Assembly (NCBI GenBank): GCA_964016885.1
Contig: OZ024752.1
Span: 36,642,001 to 36,706,000 of the forward strand
Direction of reading: 5' to 3'
DNA length: 64,000 bases
From: Eledone cirrhosa
Lineage: Eukaryota
Shown: one piece after another, positions 1-15,643 of the stretch
Position numbering within the stretch: position 1 is the stretch's first letter
How the letters are laid out: each line of letters opens with the position of its first letter
Translations under genes and position numbers: made by a program
Notes under the pieces: generated by a model
What the model was told of the DNA's origin: nothing
Database searches by the model: none
Seen by the model: the letters and a program-made list of their open reading frames with translations, nothing else

Positions 1-209
1 TTGAAATGATCATAGTATAATAAACCTTTCAAGGATTTACACAAATCCAGCCTCCTGTCATTTCATTATAATATTTAACTCCGTAATAGCACCACCAACT
101 ACAAAAACAAAGACGGTTGAACTGCTTTACGTTGAGTACTCTCTATATTATTGCATTACGATTGACCATACGGAATAGACCATCTCTATACAGTGGTGAA
201 CCTCAAACC

Positions 210-252
<43 letters not shown>

Positions 253-261
253 TTATATATG

Positions 262-435
262 CATTAGTGCGGCAGGAACTCGAGTCCGGGTACCTTATAG
301 GCACCCGTTTTACGTGTGTTGTGTTGAGGCAAATAACTATGTGTATACTCTGGTAATGTATCTTACATTGCCCACTGAGTGCGCTGAGATACAACCGGTA
401 CTGACATTGATAAATATGCTGGGTCCATCAACCCT

Positions 436-440
<5 letters not shown>
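262..440 (+). mobile_element. Family F: TA-flanked 3' end of putative PLE-type element (second copy 30311-30453)
   Basis: Near-identical copy at 30311-30453; both end in (TA)n. Carries the TACTC-TGG...CCA-CT-GAGTG bulged hairpin (346-381) and a hammerhead-like 3' half GGAA-CTCGAG-TC at ~275-286. Confidence 0.6.
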
Positions 441-515
<75 letters not shown>

Positions 516-518
<3 letters not shown>

Positions 519-892
519 AAAGTTCTATTTAAATATTTTTATAACTGATATAAAGCACTCAACAAATAATTGGAGTAAAAATACGATATTAATAAATGGA
601 AACTATATTTATAAAACCATATTTATTTCATTATACATATTTCAAGGACACCAAGTTAAATTATGGTGTGCTTTCATCAGATAAAATATAATATAGAGCA
701 GTTTTAGAGCAGTTTTAGAGCTTCCAACAGTAATTGTTGCATTCTTTAAGGGTATGTCAATATTTATCTATAAAACTGCTCTATATTATATTTTATCCGA
801 TGAAAGCACACCATAATTTAACTTGGTGTCCTTGAAATATGTATAATGAAATAAATATGGTTTTATAAATATAGTTTCCATTTGTTAATATC

Positions 893-895
<3 letters not shown>
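516..895 (-). mobile_element. Family C fold-back element (long tailed arm left, short arm right) in (TA)n
   Basis: Inverted arms ~583-710 and ~770-895. Hammerhead motif on minus at 626-686 and a CCGATGA variant on plus at 791-851. TA tracts on both sides. Confidence 0.8.
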
Positions 896-962
<67 letters not shown>

Positions 963-963
963 G

Positions 964-1114
<151 letters not shown>

Positions 1115-1277
1115 TTAAAATACAATATGTTGAAAAGGTAACATATTGTATTTTAAGGAGCTCAGGATTTCCTCTCATTTGAGCACATTATTTACAGGGA
1201 ATGGCGAGAGTCGATGGGTCCGTTAATTTATCGTGATATATATATATATATATTTATAGGTATATATATATATATAG

Positions 1278-1354
<77 letters not shown>

Positions 1355-1438
1355 TATATACGTATACTATTATTATTAGCACAAATTAAAACTTTAAGCT
1401 ACCAATTTATGCGGGATCATCTAAAAAGAGTAAGAGAG

Positions 1439-1896
<458 letters not shown>

Positions 1897-2486
1897 GAGG
1901 GATCTAAGTCGAGGAAGAGGGACGGAATACTGAAATACGTCTGATTTTAGACGAGACAATGGAAGCAGGGATAAACATGACTTTCTTCAGAACATTTTTA
2001 GTGTAAATCAAAGGAAATGGGTTTATCTGGAAATTGTAGCCGGATCAGCGTGAAGCTGTCTTCCTGAGAACTTATTTCTTTTCTGTGACATTTATCATGA
2101 AATTTACTTAAACTAGTTTCTGAGAAAAATATCTAGTTCAGTATTTCCCAAAATAGACAATATTGACTCCTCGGGGGGTAATTGGGGCTCCTCAGGGCAT
2201 CGCGTGAACTTTTAAGTCAAAACCTGACCTTTGTATAAGAAATGAAAATTTGACATAAAATACATAAAATAGGTAAAATATTATAATGAAATAAAAGTTG
2301 CTTATACAGATTTCTATATTTCTATATTTCTATATAATCGGTTTCTATTTTGTGTTTTATATCCTGTTTACTGATTTATTTATTTACTTATTTATTTTTA
2401 TACATATCTTGGGTTGATGTCCTAAAACGGATCTAGTTAATATTTTATTGAAAGAAAGGACGGCGGATTTGATGAAATCATAATAT

Positions 2487-2765
2487 AATTGTTTCTACTT
2501 TTGGGACAAGGCCAGCAATTACCCAGTACATTACTGGTACTTTATTTTATCGACCCCGTAAGGATGAAAGGCAAGTTAACCTCGGCGAGATTTGAACTCA
2601 GAATGGCAAGGGCCATACCTCTATGCGTCAAAGCATGGCGTCCGACTCTCTACCGATACTGCCATAGTAATAATAATTGTTTCTACGTTAGGCACAAGGC
2701 CAGCAATTACCCAGTGTATTACTGGTACTTTATTTTATCGACCCCCGTAAGGATGAAAGGCAAAG
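2487..2765 (-). mobile_element. Two tandem copies (one partial) of a tRNA-derived SINE with a Meta-like core
   Basis: Minus strand has B-box GAGTTCAAAT, core GCCTTTCATCCTTACGGGGTCGATAAAATAAAGTACCAG and tail GTAGAAACAATT. Many copies in the window. Confidence 0.8.
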
Positions 2766-2975
2766 ATCCCGTTAAGGGTGAAAGCAGCGATTCTTTCTTT
2801 AAACTTTAATCTGTTATTTTAATATATATATATATTTATATATGGTGCGTGTGTTTCTTATTGGCAACATGACCCTCCCAAAGTATAACAATATCGGTTT
2901 CAACACACGATTTCAGATAAAGAATCTTGCTAAACAAATTCAGAAACGAAATATATATATATATATATATATATA

Positions 2976-3162
2976 CGTTATTCCGGGTTGAATCGGAGGT
3001 AACCACAGTAAGTAAGGTACTCAATACATTGCAGAGTATAAAAGTTTTAATATAGATGAGATTCTACAGGACTAGAACTGTTTCATTCTTTAGAAATTCC
3101 TGATGATTTCTAAAGAATGAAACAGTTCTAGTCCTGTAGAATCTCATCTATATTAAAACTTA
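2976..3162 (-). mobile_element. Family B fold-back element in (TA)n
   Basis: Tail plus inverted arms folding at ~3096. Plus-strand hammerhead ATTC-CTGATGA-...-GAAACAG...CTGTA-GAAT at 3096-3142. Confidence 0.85.
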
Positions 3163-3372
3163 TATATATATATATATATATTGATAAGATAAATGTTACT
3201 AATACATCGAAACCGGTAATACTTTATATACATTATAAAACCCTTTTTTTTTTAAATTGTCCCTTTCATTTTTCAGTAATGTCACTTTGACGAATCAAAG
3301 AAAAGGAAAAAAAGGGGGAAAAAAGATAAACAGACCCTTAAATATATTTTCAGTGCTATTTCCAACCTCACC

Positions 3373-3462
<90 letters not shown>

Positions 3463-3580
3463 AGATATCCAAAGCTGGTAGATCACTCAATCCGAGGGAC
3501 GAGTTGTGTTACGCAGTTATTTATTACACTAACAGACCCAGCTTATCGATAAGCCGGATCTATTAGTGTAATAAATCGCT

Positions 3581-3731
<151 letters not shown>

Positions 3732-3903
3732 CATATATACATATATATAGCGTGTGTGTGTGTGTGTGTGTGTTAAGTATTAATAATTACATAATTATAT
3801 ATATAAATATATAAATACATAATATACATAATTATGTCTGTGTTTGTGTGGGAGTGAGAGAGAGCGTGAGAGAAAGAGAGAGAGAGAGAGAGCGAGAGAG
3901 AGA

Positions 3904-3937
<34 letters not shown>

Positions 3938-4557
3938 GTGTGGGGGTATATGGATCTTGTTTACTTAATAAATAGCGAACGAAATATTTCTTAAAAGGTC
4001 AGTGTACTTCTATATAACGCGAAAGACATTATATATATGTGTTTATATAAATATATATACAATAATTAATATATATATATATATTATAATTAATATATAT
4101 ATATTAATTACTATATATATATATATATATATATTAATTATTGCATATATATTTTAATTTATTTCTCCGAAACTAAACGGAGCTTTAAGAGAATGCTGTA
4201 AATAGACCGATAGTTGTATAGTTGTATGCAAGTAAGAAGATAAGTGAATATTTAGAACAAGTTAGGTGGTTAATTTCACCATCAGCAGGAGGTAATTGTG
4301 TCAATATGGTTTTCTCGAATTAGCAATGGCCGCCGTCGAAGCGTTCTTGTTGATATATATCTACACAAACGTTGGGTTTTCCCTATCAAACTATCATATT
4401 AATCGCGCTTTCAGTGCGGCTACGTTGAAGCTTCGTCGTCTTTGTTAGATCTTTAACAATAACATATGTAGTGTTTAGATCTTAATACATTACTTTTATC
4501 TTAATTCAAGTTAGCCATAGGCCTTCATCACTACCACCGCCACTCCCTTTCATTCTC

Positions 4558-4591
4558 TGTTTATTTATTTATCTATTTATTTATTTGTTTT

Positions 4592-4634
<43 letters not shown>

Positions 4635-5127
4635 TGCTTCATTTTCTCATTCATTTGTTTCGTACCTTCTCATTCTTTCTCTTCGTTCACATTACTTTCT
4701 TTTCTTTCTTTTCTTCTTTCTTTCTTTTTTCTTTCTTCCTTTTCTTCTTTCTTTTCTTTTCTTTCTTTCTTTCTTTCATTTCTTTCTTTCTTTCTGTCTT
4801 TCTTTTCTTCTTTCTTTTCTTTTTTTCTTTTCTCTTTCTTTCATTCTTTCTTTCTTTTTTTCTTTCTTTTTTCTTTCTTTCTTTCTTTCGTTCTTTCGTT
4901 CTTTCTTTTATTCTTTCATTCTTTTGTTCTTTTTTTCTTTGTTTGTTTCTTTCTTTTCTTCTTTCTTTCGTTCTTTCATTATTTCGTTCTTTCGTTCTTT
5001 CTTTCTTTTCTTTTTTCTTTTTCTCGTTCTTTCTTTTGTTCTTTCTTTCGTTCTTTCTTTCGTTCTTTTATTTTTTTGTTCTTTCATTCTTTCGTTCTTT
5101 CATCATTTCGCTCTTTATTTTATTTTC

Positions 5128-5171
<44 letters not shown>

Positions 5172-5360
5172 TTCTTGTTTCTTTTGTTCTTTCTTTCGTT
5201 GTTTCATTCTTTCCTTCTTTCATTTTTTTGTTCTTTCTTTTCTTTTTTTCTTTTTCTCGTTCTTTCTTTCTTTCTTTCTTTCGTTCTTTCTTTCTTTCTT
5301 TCTTTCTATCTTTCTTTCTTTCATTCTTTCTTTCATTCATTCTTTCTTTCTTTCTTTCTC
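4558..5360. repeat. Degenerate (TTTA)n then (TTTC)n microsatellite
   Basis: Direct inspection; accounts for the Phe/Ser/Leu-rich ORFs. Confidence 0.95.
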
Positions 5361-5946
5361 TGTCTGTCGTCTAACCGCCCCCCTTCCCCCACCATCTCAA
5401 TCTCCCTCACTCTCAACTTCAGGACAGTAACACAGTAATACTACCAAGAACGACATGTCAGACTCACCGCCAAGAAATATATATTTCAATTATTTATCCT
5501 ATCAAAATATCTGATTTGGGTTTACCTAAAAATAATTATCCTTTTCTTTTCTTTTTTTTTTTTTTTTTTTTTTTTGCAGCTAAACATTTTATATATTTAT
5601 TTATTTTTACTGCATTGGTTCCAAATCCCAAACTTTGTTGTTGGTTAGCCCCAGGTCAAAACTGATTAAACAGAAATATGTTCAGAAATGCTTCAATCAG
5701 GATCCTTTCAGATTTTTCTGTATCAAAGACAATGGTTTACTGTTTTCTCCCTTTCGAACCCTTTTGGGGTTTCAGAACACGCAATCTTTGTGCGTTCATC
5801 CCACAACCTTCCAGAACAGGTTGCAGGTTCATCGTTAGTTTCGTACTAAAGAGAAGATTCTCTTAACTGTCTTTGTTTTTTTGTTTTTTTTTAATAAATG
5901 CAGCTCCTGAAATTATTTAGAACAGCAGTTGCAAACATTAATATGT

Positions 5947-6283
5947 TACGAGAACGGGCTGAAAAGATCAGAGGCTAAATATGAAGGAGTGATGCTAGAG
6001 CTGTGAAATCTTGCATGCATTAATTTCAACTCTTCTTATTAATAACTGCATTGTTTCTTTCCAGGAACTATGTTGAAAAATAAACCTCATTTGGTCATTC
6101 CATGAGAGTATTTTGGTCAGCCTATGAAGGAGTGATGCTAAAGCTGTGAAATCTTGCATGCATTAATTTCAACTTTTTTTTTTATTAATAACTGCATTGT
6201 TTCTTCCCAGGGACTATGTTGAAAAATAAACCTCATTTGGTCATTCCATGAAAGTATCTTGGTCAGCATATGGACTTTTCAGT
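5947..6283 (+). mobile_element. Mariner-derived MITE with ~143-bp internal duplication
   Basis: Degenerate TIRs TACGAG..GGCTGAAAAG / CTTTTCAG. The internal unit ends GGACTATGTTGAAAAATAA (DYVEK-stop, typical mariner C-terminus). Related pieces at 32330-32955, 38911-39010, 42526-42632 and 52590-52720. Confidence 0.65.
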
Positions 6284-6477
6284 TGAATTAGGTACACGCT
6301 TGGTGAGGTTAAAACAGGTGATGGATTAAGTCTACCCGCAACGACTAGGTGGTGATGTCCAACCGGGTGATGGATTAAGTCTACCACCCAAGAACTCTGG
6401 ACTGGACTGGTACTTTATTTTATCAACCTCGAAAGGATACAAGGCAAAGTTGAACGCGGTGTGATATGGATTATGAA

Positions 6478-7212
6478 GAGTAGAGCGGATCGAAACAAAC
6501 AAGAGAAGGTCTTTGAGCACAGGTTTTGTAGATCAAGGCTAACGTGGGGCTAAACAACGTTAGCAACAATGCAGTCCTATAATTAAGAGTACAGCGGACT
6601 AAAACAAACAAGAGAAGGTCTTTGAGAACAGCTTTTGTAGATCAGGGCTAACATGGGGCTAAACAACGTTAGCAACAATGCAGTCCTATAATTAAGAGTA
6701 CAGCGGACTAAAACAAACAAGGGAAGGTCTCTGAGCGCAGGTTTTGTAGATCAGGGCTAACGTGGGGCTAAACAACGTTAGCAACAATGCAGTCCTATAA
6801 TTAAGAGTACAGCGGACTAAAACAAACAAGGGAAGGTCTTTGAGCACAGGTTTTGTAGATCAGGGCTAACGTGGGGCTAAACAACGTTAGCAACAATGCA
6901 GTCCTATAATTAAGAGTACAGTGGACTAAAACAAACAAGAGAAGGTCTTTGAGCGCAGGTTTTGTAGATCAGGGCTAACGTGGGCTAAACAACGTTAGCA
7001 ACAATGCAGTCCTATAATTAAGAGTACAGCGGACTAAAACAAACAAGGGAAGGTCTTTGAGCGCAGGTTTTGTAGATCAGGGCTAACGTGGGGCTAAACA
7101 ACGTTAGCAACAATGCAGTCCTATAATTAAGAGTACAGCGGACTGAAACAAACAAGAAATGGTCTTTGAGTGCGAGATTTGCTGATCATGTCCGACTTGG
7201 GGCTAAACAACT
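6478..7212. repeat. 109-bp tandem minisatellite, ~6.7 copies
   Basis: GAGTACAGCGGACTAAAAC recurs at 6587, 6696, 6805 and onward. Lies next to a degenerate SINE at ~6400-6460. Confidence 0.95.
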
Positions 7213-7310
7213 AATCCAGTCATAGAAAAAAAGGGGGCTAGAGCTTAATTAATACGGAAATTGAATCCATGCGAAAGTGGACTTAATATTTCCCTAAATT
7301 ACTGATATAT

Positions 7311-7399
7311 AATTGTTTCTAATTTTGGCACAAGGCCAACAATTATCCCAGTGTATTACTGGTACTTTATTTTATCGACCCCGTAAGGATGAAAGGCGA
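7311..7399 (-). mobile_element. SINE 3' fragment
   Basis: Same core and tail as the 2487 SINE. Confidence 0.75.
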
Positions 7400-7568
7400 A
7401 ATAATAATAATAAAAATGATGATAATAATAATCTTATACTTACAAACAATCCGATAAGTGTCAGGCATTCCAGGAGATTATCTGTCGGAATAAATAAAAT
7501 ATATAATTATATGAATTAAAAAAAAATGAAAAATATATAAATGAATAAAATAAATATATATATATGAA

Positions 7569-7603
<35 letters not shown>

Positions 7604-7708
7604 ATTATATTTAAAAATACAAATTTAAAAATACAAATAAACAAATAAATGAATATATAAATATATAAATAATTAAATTATATTTAATAAATGCAAATAA
7701 ATAAATAA

Positions 7709-7792
<84 letters not shown>

Positions 7793-7795
<3 letters not shown>

Positions 7796-8036
7796 AAAGT
7801 TTTATTTAAAATTGTTGGGTTACAACAAGTAAATATTTTATAACATCTCACTACCGAACCAACTTCGCACATGGAAGTTGATCAATATTTATGGTACGTC
7901 AAATTTATTTATAAAACTGATTATATATTGTATTTTATCTGAAGAAGGCATGCCATATTTTTAATATGGTATCCCTGAAATATGTATAATGAAATAAATA
8001 TGGTTTTATAAATATAGTTTCCATTTGTTTAATATC

Positions 8037-8040
<4 letters not shown>
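7793..8040. mobile_element. Family C fold-back element, long arm largely deleted
   Basis: Tail at 7793-7844. Plus-strand hammerhead TTTTAT-CTGAAGA-AGGCATGCCATATTtttAATATGGTATCCCT-GAAA-TATGTA-TA-ATGAAA at 7933-7994. Confidence 0.8.
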
Positions 8041-8071
<31 letters not shown>

Positions 8072-8170
8072 CAAAGATACTATTTATAGTTATGTACACT
8101 GGAAGAAACAATTGTCAGCGATTAAATGTTTTAAACATAACTTTGATACTTGTGTATTCTATATATATAT

Positions 8171-8208
<38 letters not shown>

Positions 8209-8227
8209 GTACAGTATATATTTAATT

Positions 8228-8266
<39 letters not shown>

Positions 8267-8279
8267 TATATATTTAATT

Positions 8280-8497
<218 letters not shown>

Positions 8498-8767
8498 TAT
8501 ATAAATATATATATATATAAATAAATAATTAAATTATATTTAAAAAAAAATGCAAATAATCAAACAAACAAATCAACAAACAAATATATAAATATACAAA
8601 TATATAGATATATAATTTTTTTTTTTTTAAATTGCAAGCCAAACAGCCCAGCCAACGATAAAATAAACGAAGGAAACGAAAGGCAAGTGTTAGTGTCAAA
8701 CAGTTGGTACGATAGAAGCAAACAACATGCCTCTATTTTATATATCGACAGCAGTCGGGGAGTTAAC

Positions 8768-8799
8768 GTTGCTATGGTAACCTAATCTCATCCGATTGG
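8768..8799. promoter_or_regulatory. Candidate RFX X-box followed by inverted CCAAT box
   Basis: GTTGCTATGGTAAC (8768-8781) closely matches the X-box palindrome GTTGCCATGGCAAC; ATTGG follows at 8795-8799. Lies in apparently unique sequence. Confidence 0.35.
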
Positions 8800-8935
8800 A
8801 TAAATTGAACATGAGACTAATATAGTAATAGAGATTATAAAAAAATCTACATAATAACGTTAATTAATACTGTAGGTGATAACTTGATAATACTCGAACT
8901 ACAATCGAGATGACAATCTATTAAGATAGTAAGTA

Positions 8936-9003
<68 letters not shown>

Positions 9004-9032
9004 GTGTGTGTGTATATATATATATACATATA

Positions 9033-9074
<42 letters not shown>

Positions 9075-9113
9075 TACATATATATATATATATACACATA
9101 TAAATATATTTAT

Positions 9114-9154
<41 letters not shown>

Positions 9155-9175
9155 TATGTATATATATATACACAC

Positions 9176-9231
<56 letters not shown>

Positions 9232-9269
9232 TTACATATAAATATATTTATACACACATATATATATAG

Positions 9270-9301
<32 letters not shown>

Positions 9302-9411
9302 ATATATATATACATATATATATGTGTGTATATATATATATATGTGTGTGTGTGTATATATATACATATATATATGTGTATATATATATATATATATATG
9401 TATAAATATAT

Positions 9412-9515
<104 letters not shown>

Positions 9516-9559
9516 TTTCTCTATTTTCATTTATATATATATAAATAAATAAATGTTTG

Positions 9560-9591
<32 letters not shown>

Positions 9592-9668
9592 TATATGTGT
9601 GTCGCAGAGGATTATCGTCATAATGAACCATTCCGGTGAAATGCCCGGTAATGGAAGAACCTTACGCC

Positions 9669-9699
<31 letters not shown>

Positions 9700-9700
9700 A

Positions 9701-10250
9701 AGTGGTCCTTCATCAGTGATCTTCCGACCATCATCGGTATTTCATCGCTTTAAAGACCATATACCTCCGATTCGTGCGAGCAACGGCTAAAAAATGTCGT
9801 TGGGACATGTAAATAAAGGGGACACGAGAGTGTAAACAAACAAAGATGGTGAAGCAACGAAAAGTGAGGAAGAAGGAGTCAAGTCCCAAATTACCATGAA
9901 TATAAGTTCGGTGAAATCGTGAACGAGAGAGAATAAAGACCATCGAACCTGGTTGGAATGTGAGCAAGGAAGGAATTCCGTACAGGTCTAACGGGAGGAA
10001 GAAGGGATCTAGTGTGTGAATTCGGTGTACGTAAGTTCTGTGAAATCGTAGACGAGAGAGAGAAAAAAAGCGACCTGCCTGACCAAGGGTGCGAAAGAAA
10101 AGAATTACGCACAGGTCAAACGGGAAGAAGGAGGAGGAGGAGAGGTAGTAACAGAGAGTGAGTAAGTGAAGGGTGAGGAAGAGGCTAACAGAGAGAGTGA
10201 CTGTTAGAGAGGGTAAAGATACAGAGAAAGAGGAAGCAGTAAGAACGAAC
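9701..10250 (-). mobile_element. Family I interspersed repeat (TA-associated, unclassified)
   Basis: Reverse complement of 17010-17540. Other copies at 16789-17000, 27662-28090, 28684-29160 and 31590-31984; diverged copies at 36680-37110 and 41860-42160. Confidence 0.75.
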
Positions 10251-10251
10251 A

Positions 10252-10606
10252 ATGATATTAAATAAATGGAAACTATATTTATAAAACCATATTTATAAAA
10301 CATTGGTACGCTTTCATCAGATAGTGAAATTCACTATCCAGTGAATTTCCAACCGATAAGGTATGATTTTCATGGGTATGTCTCTATTTATAAAACAAAC
10401 TTTGTATTTTATCTGATGAAAGCGTACCAATGTTGTGTTGGTTACCTTTGAAATATATATAATAAAATAAATATGGTTTTATAAATATAGTTTCCATTTA
10501 TTTAATATCATTGAATATTTACTCCAGTAAATTGTTGAGTGCTCTAAATCAGTTATAAACATTTATGTTTGTCGGACTTCCAACAAATTAAATACCACTT
10601 CTACTT
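10252..10606 (+). mobile_element. Family C fold-back element (short arm left, tailed arm right)
   Basis: Hammerhead at 10407-10467 (TTTTAT-CTGATGA...GAAA-TATATA-TA-ATAAAA). Bulged hairpin at 10520-10541. Confidence 0.8.
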
Positions 10607-10754
10607 ATATATATACTTTATGTATATATTATATATATATATATTATATATATATATTATATATATATTATATATATATATATACATATATATATACATT
10701 ATATATATATTATATATATATATAAAGAAATATATATATATATATATAATATAT

Positions 10755-11183
10755 GTAGGAGGTGAGTTTTATTGTAGTACAATAAAGCAATGCAGATATC
10801 GGATAAGAAGCACTCTACAGTATGTGGGACTGGAGTATGCATAATATAAGATCAAAAGATGGTTAAAGGAGTTCAATATATTTTATTATGCGCATTTCAA
10901 AAACAAACATCATCAAACAATAATATTTGTGTTTTCATCAGATAAAACAGGAGAACATGATATGAAGGCTAAAAAAACACTTGTTGATAGTGCAGTTTTA
11001 AATCAACATATGATATGTTGATTTAAAACTGCACTATCAACAAGTGTTTTTTTAGCCTTCATATCATGTTCTCCTGTTTTATCTGATGAAAACACAAATA
11101 TTATTGTTTGATGATGTTTGTTTTTGAAATGCGCATAATAAAATATATTGAACTCCTTTAACCATCTTTTGATCTTATATTAT
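10755..11183 (-). mobile_element. Family D fold-back element
   Basis: ~170-bp inverted arms centred at ~11012. Hammerheads at 10881-10947 (minus) and 11077-11143 (plus). Confidence 0.85.
11077..11143 (+). ncRNA. Type I hammerhead ribozyme motif (family D)
   Basis: Stem I TTTTAT/ATAAAA; core CTGATGA; long stem II AAACACAAATATTATT/GATGATGTTTGTTTTT; GAAA; palindromic stem III A-TGCGCA-T; AUA cleavage triplet. Confidence 0.75.
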
Positions 11184-11396
11184 ATATATAATATATATAT
11201 ATATATAGAAATGGCTTCTACAGATTAGAAATGTTTCATTCGGGAGAGATCATCAGGAAAGCCGACTGTCAATATATTTATACATTTTCTGGTGGTAGGA
11301 GAGGGATGGGTGGAGGTCAATGGTTGATGGATTTAAATATATCTATATCTATATCTATATATATCTATATCTATCTCTCTCTCTATATATATATAT

Positions 11397-11812
11397 GTAG
11401 GAGGTGAGTTTTATTGCAGTACAATAAAGCAATGCAGATATCGGATAAGAAGCACTCTACAATTTGTAGGACTGGAGTATAAATAATATATAAAATCAAA
11501 AGATGGTTAAAAGAGTTCCATGTATTTTATTATGCGCATTTCAAAAACAAATATCGTCATGCAATAACATTTGTGTTTTCGTCAGATAAAATAGGAAGAC
11601 ATGATATGAAGGTTAAAACACACTTGTGAATAGTGCAGTTTTAAATCAACATATGTTGATTTAAAACTGCACTATTCACAAGTGTGTTTTAACCTTCATA
11701 TCATGTCTTCCTATTTTATCTGACGAAAACACAAATGTTATTGCATGACGATATTTGTTTTTGAAATGCGCATAATAAAATACATGGAACTCTTTTAACC
11801 ATCTTTTGATTT

Positions 11813-11818
<6 letters not shown>
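11397..11818 (-). mobile_element. Family D fold-back element, second copy
   Basis: Near-perfect palindrome centred at ~11652. Hammerhead at 11714-11780 (CTGACGA...GAAATGCGCATA). Confidence 0.85.
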
Positions 11819-11857
<39 letters not shown>

Positions 11858-11868
11858 TATATATATAT

Positions 11869-11912
<44 letters not shown>

Positions 11913-12003
11913 TAAGATGGAGGGTTTGTGAGAAACCGGTAAAGGAAATACAGAAATATTCTTAAAAAGACTCCAGCTGCATTTTCGATTTCTTTTCGTT
12001 ACT

Positions 12004-12071
<68 letters not shown>

Positions 12072-12311
12072 CGTGTGTGTGCGTGTGTGGCGTTCGGACT
12101 TTCCGCCACCGGACGTTTCACCCGATTGGTTCGTTATAATAAGCATCAATTGTTTAGGAAAAATACTTATTTGTATTAACTTTATTTTCATCTAAATATG
12201 AAAATAAATATGGATCCGGCGACGAAACATCCGGATATACACACACACACTTAGACACACACACTAAACACGTGCATACACACATATACATACACACAAA
12301 CACACACGCAA

Positions 12312-12383
<72 letters not shown>

Positions 12384-12388
<5 letters not shown>

Positions 12389-13757
12389 TGGTTTTGTGCC
12401 TGGGGAGAGTACAACAGATGCCCTCTTCTTGGTGAGGCAAATGCAAGAGAGGTTCTTAGAGAAGAATAAGCCACTATACTTAGCCTTTGTTGACCTAGAG
12501 AAGGCCTTTGATAGGGTACCCCGATCTGTCATCTGGTGGTCCCTAAGGAAGCTAGGTGTTGAGGAATGGCTTGTGAGGACAGTGCAAACTTTGTACAGAG
12601 GTACTCTCAGTAAAGTCAGGGTATGAATGGAGTTTAGTGAGGAATTCCAGATACAAGTAGGAGTACATCAGGGTTTGGTCCTCAGCCCGCTCTTGTTCAT
12701 TATAGTCCTCCAAGCCATAACAGAGGAGTTTAAGACTGGCAGTCCATGGGAACTTCTCTATGCTGACGATCTGGTTCTTATAGCAGAATCAGTAAAGGAG
12801 CTAGAGAATAAATTCTGGCTATGGAAACAGCAGTTGGAAGCAAGAGGACTGAGAGTAAATCTAGCTAAGACAAAAATGTTGATGAGTAGAAAAGAGGACA
12901 AAACCCTGATTCCGCCAGGGAAATGGCCATGTTCGATATGCAGAAAAGGAACTGGCATAAATTCTATAAAATGCACACAATGCAGGTCCTGGGTACACAA
13001 GAGATGTAGCGGGATAGCAAGCAAACTAACAGGTAAGGAGAAATATGTATGCAGTAGATGTACAGGGAAATTAGACAGTAGAAGTTGCACTGATAGACAC
13101 ATTTTTCAAATGCAAGAGGGCGCTATAGAAGTGGTGGATAGCTTCCGGTACCTAGGAGATCAGATTAGCATGGGAGGAGGGTGTTCCGAGGCCATAGTAT
13201 CTAGAATAAGGACGGGTTGGAAGAAGTTTAGGGAACTGCTTCCTCTATTGACGAAGAAGAGTTTCTCCCTGCGTACGAAAGGCCGGTTGTATGATGGCTG
13301 TGTGAGGAGCGCGATGCTGCATGGTAGTGAGGAGACATGGGCAGCAACTGCAGAGGATATGCGACGGCTGGAGAGAAATGAGGTAAGCATGCTCCGTTGG
13401 ATGTGCAGTGTAAATGTGCGTGAACGACCCAGCATAAATGTGTTGAGAGAGAAACTGTGTCTGAGAGGGATAGAATGTAGTGTACGGGAGAGGAGACTGA
13501 GGTGGTATGGACATGTGATGCGCATGGAGGATGACCGATGGGTGAAGAAGTGCCAGGAAATGCCAGTTGAAGGAAGACGTGGTAGAGGTAGACCACGAAA
13601 AACATGGGCGGAGGTGGTGAGAACAGACCTCAGATCATTGAAGCTCATGGTGGAGATGACGAGGGACCGTGACGAGTGGAGAGATGCTGTGCTGAATAAG
13701 ACCCGTCCCACCCTTGCAAGCAGGGAAAAGCGGACGTAAAATGAAGATGATGATGAT
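12384..13757 (+). mobile_element. 5'-truncated RTE-clade LINE: reverse transcriptase C-terminal part with an inserted PHD-type finger
   Basis: RT motifs FGF-PG-STTDA, FVDLEKAFD, GVHQG-VLSPLLF, YADD (12759-12770) and FRYLG, plus the RTE-type tail RRLRWYGHV...RGRGRPRKTW. One in-frame stop at 12624-12626; (GAT)n 3' tail. Confidence 0.92.
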
Positions 13758-13786
13758 ATATATGTGTGTGCGTTTCTGTGTGTGGG

Positions 13787-13823
<37 letters not shown>

Positions 13824-14334
13824 GAAAGGTATAGAAAGTATTGTAGCAAGAAGCCAACAGTATTCCATAATATATAAGTGACTATAGCGTCAAAATGGGA
13901 AAATAGTTAACGTAAGATGTGGGAAAAATAATTCAAACTCAACTCAAATAGAATCAGGATATAGATTCATCCAACAGAATTTAGTGAAATCCAGGGAAAA
14001 ATCAATAGAGCCTTAACTCATGATAAAATAAAGTGTAAAATACTCATCCTTCATATATATAATATACGTATGTATGCATATATATATATATATATTAAAT
14101 ATACGTATGTATGCATATATATATATGTGTGTGTGAGTGTGTGTATTTATGTAATCTATGTATTTATGTAATCTATTTATTTATGTAATCTATGTATCTG
14201 ATTGGTCAGTCAATCAACACATCCTGCCTGTAGTGAGATAAGTAAATCACTGTATTGTCATGGAGTTAATTCTTAAAGCTACATTGTTCATTTCATTTCA
14301 TTTCATTTCATTTTATTTTATTTTGTTTTATTTT

Positions 14335-14841
<507 letters not shown>

Positions 14842-14915
14842 GAGAAGTCGATGTTGTGTTTTCGCATGGAGCGGGTGCATCCGCACCACGCCGTATATAT
14901 ATTTATATATATATA

Positions 14916-15149
<234 letters not shown>

Positions 15150-15157
15150 TATATATT

Positions 15158-15485
<328 letters not shown>

Positions 15486-15518
15486 ATATATATAGATATA
15501 GATATGTCTCTATATATA

Positions 15519-15643
<125 letters not shown>

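Noticed and set aside
6478-7212. CRISPR-like array (also considered for the 42, 107 and ~93-bp arrays)
   Set aside because: Units are head-to-tail with no unique spacers, there are no cas genes, and the context is eukaryotic.
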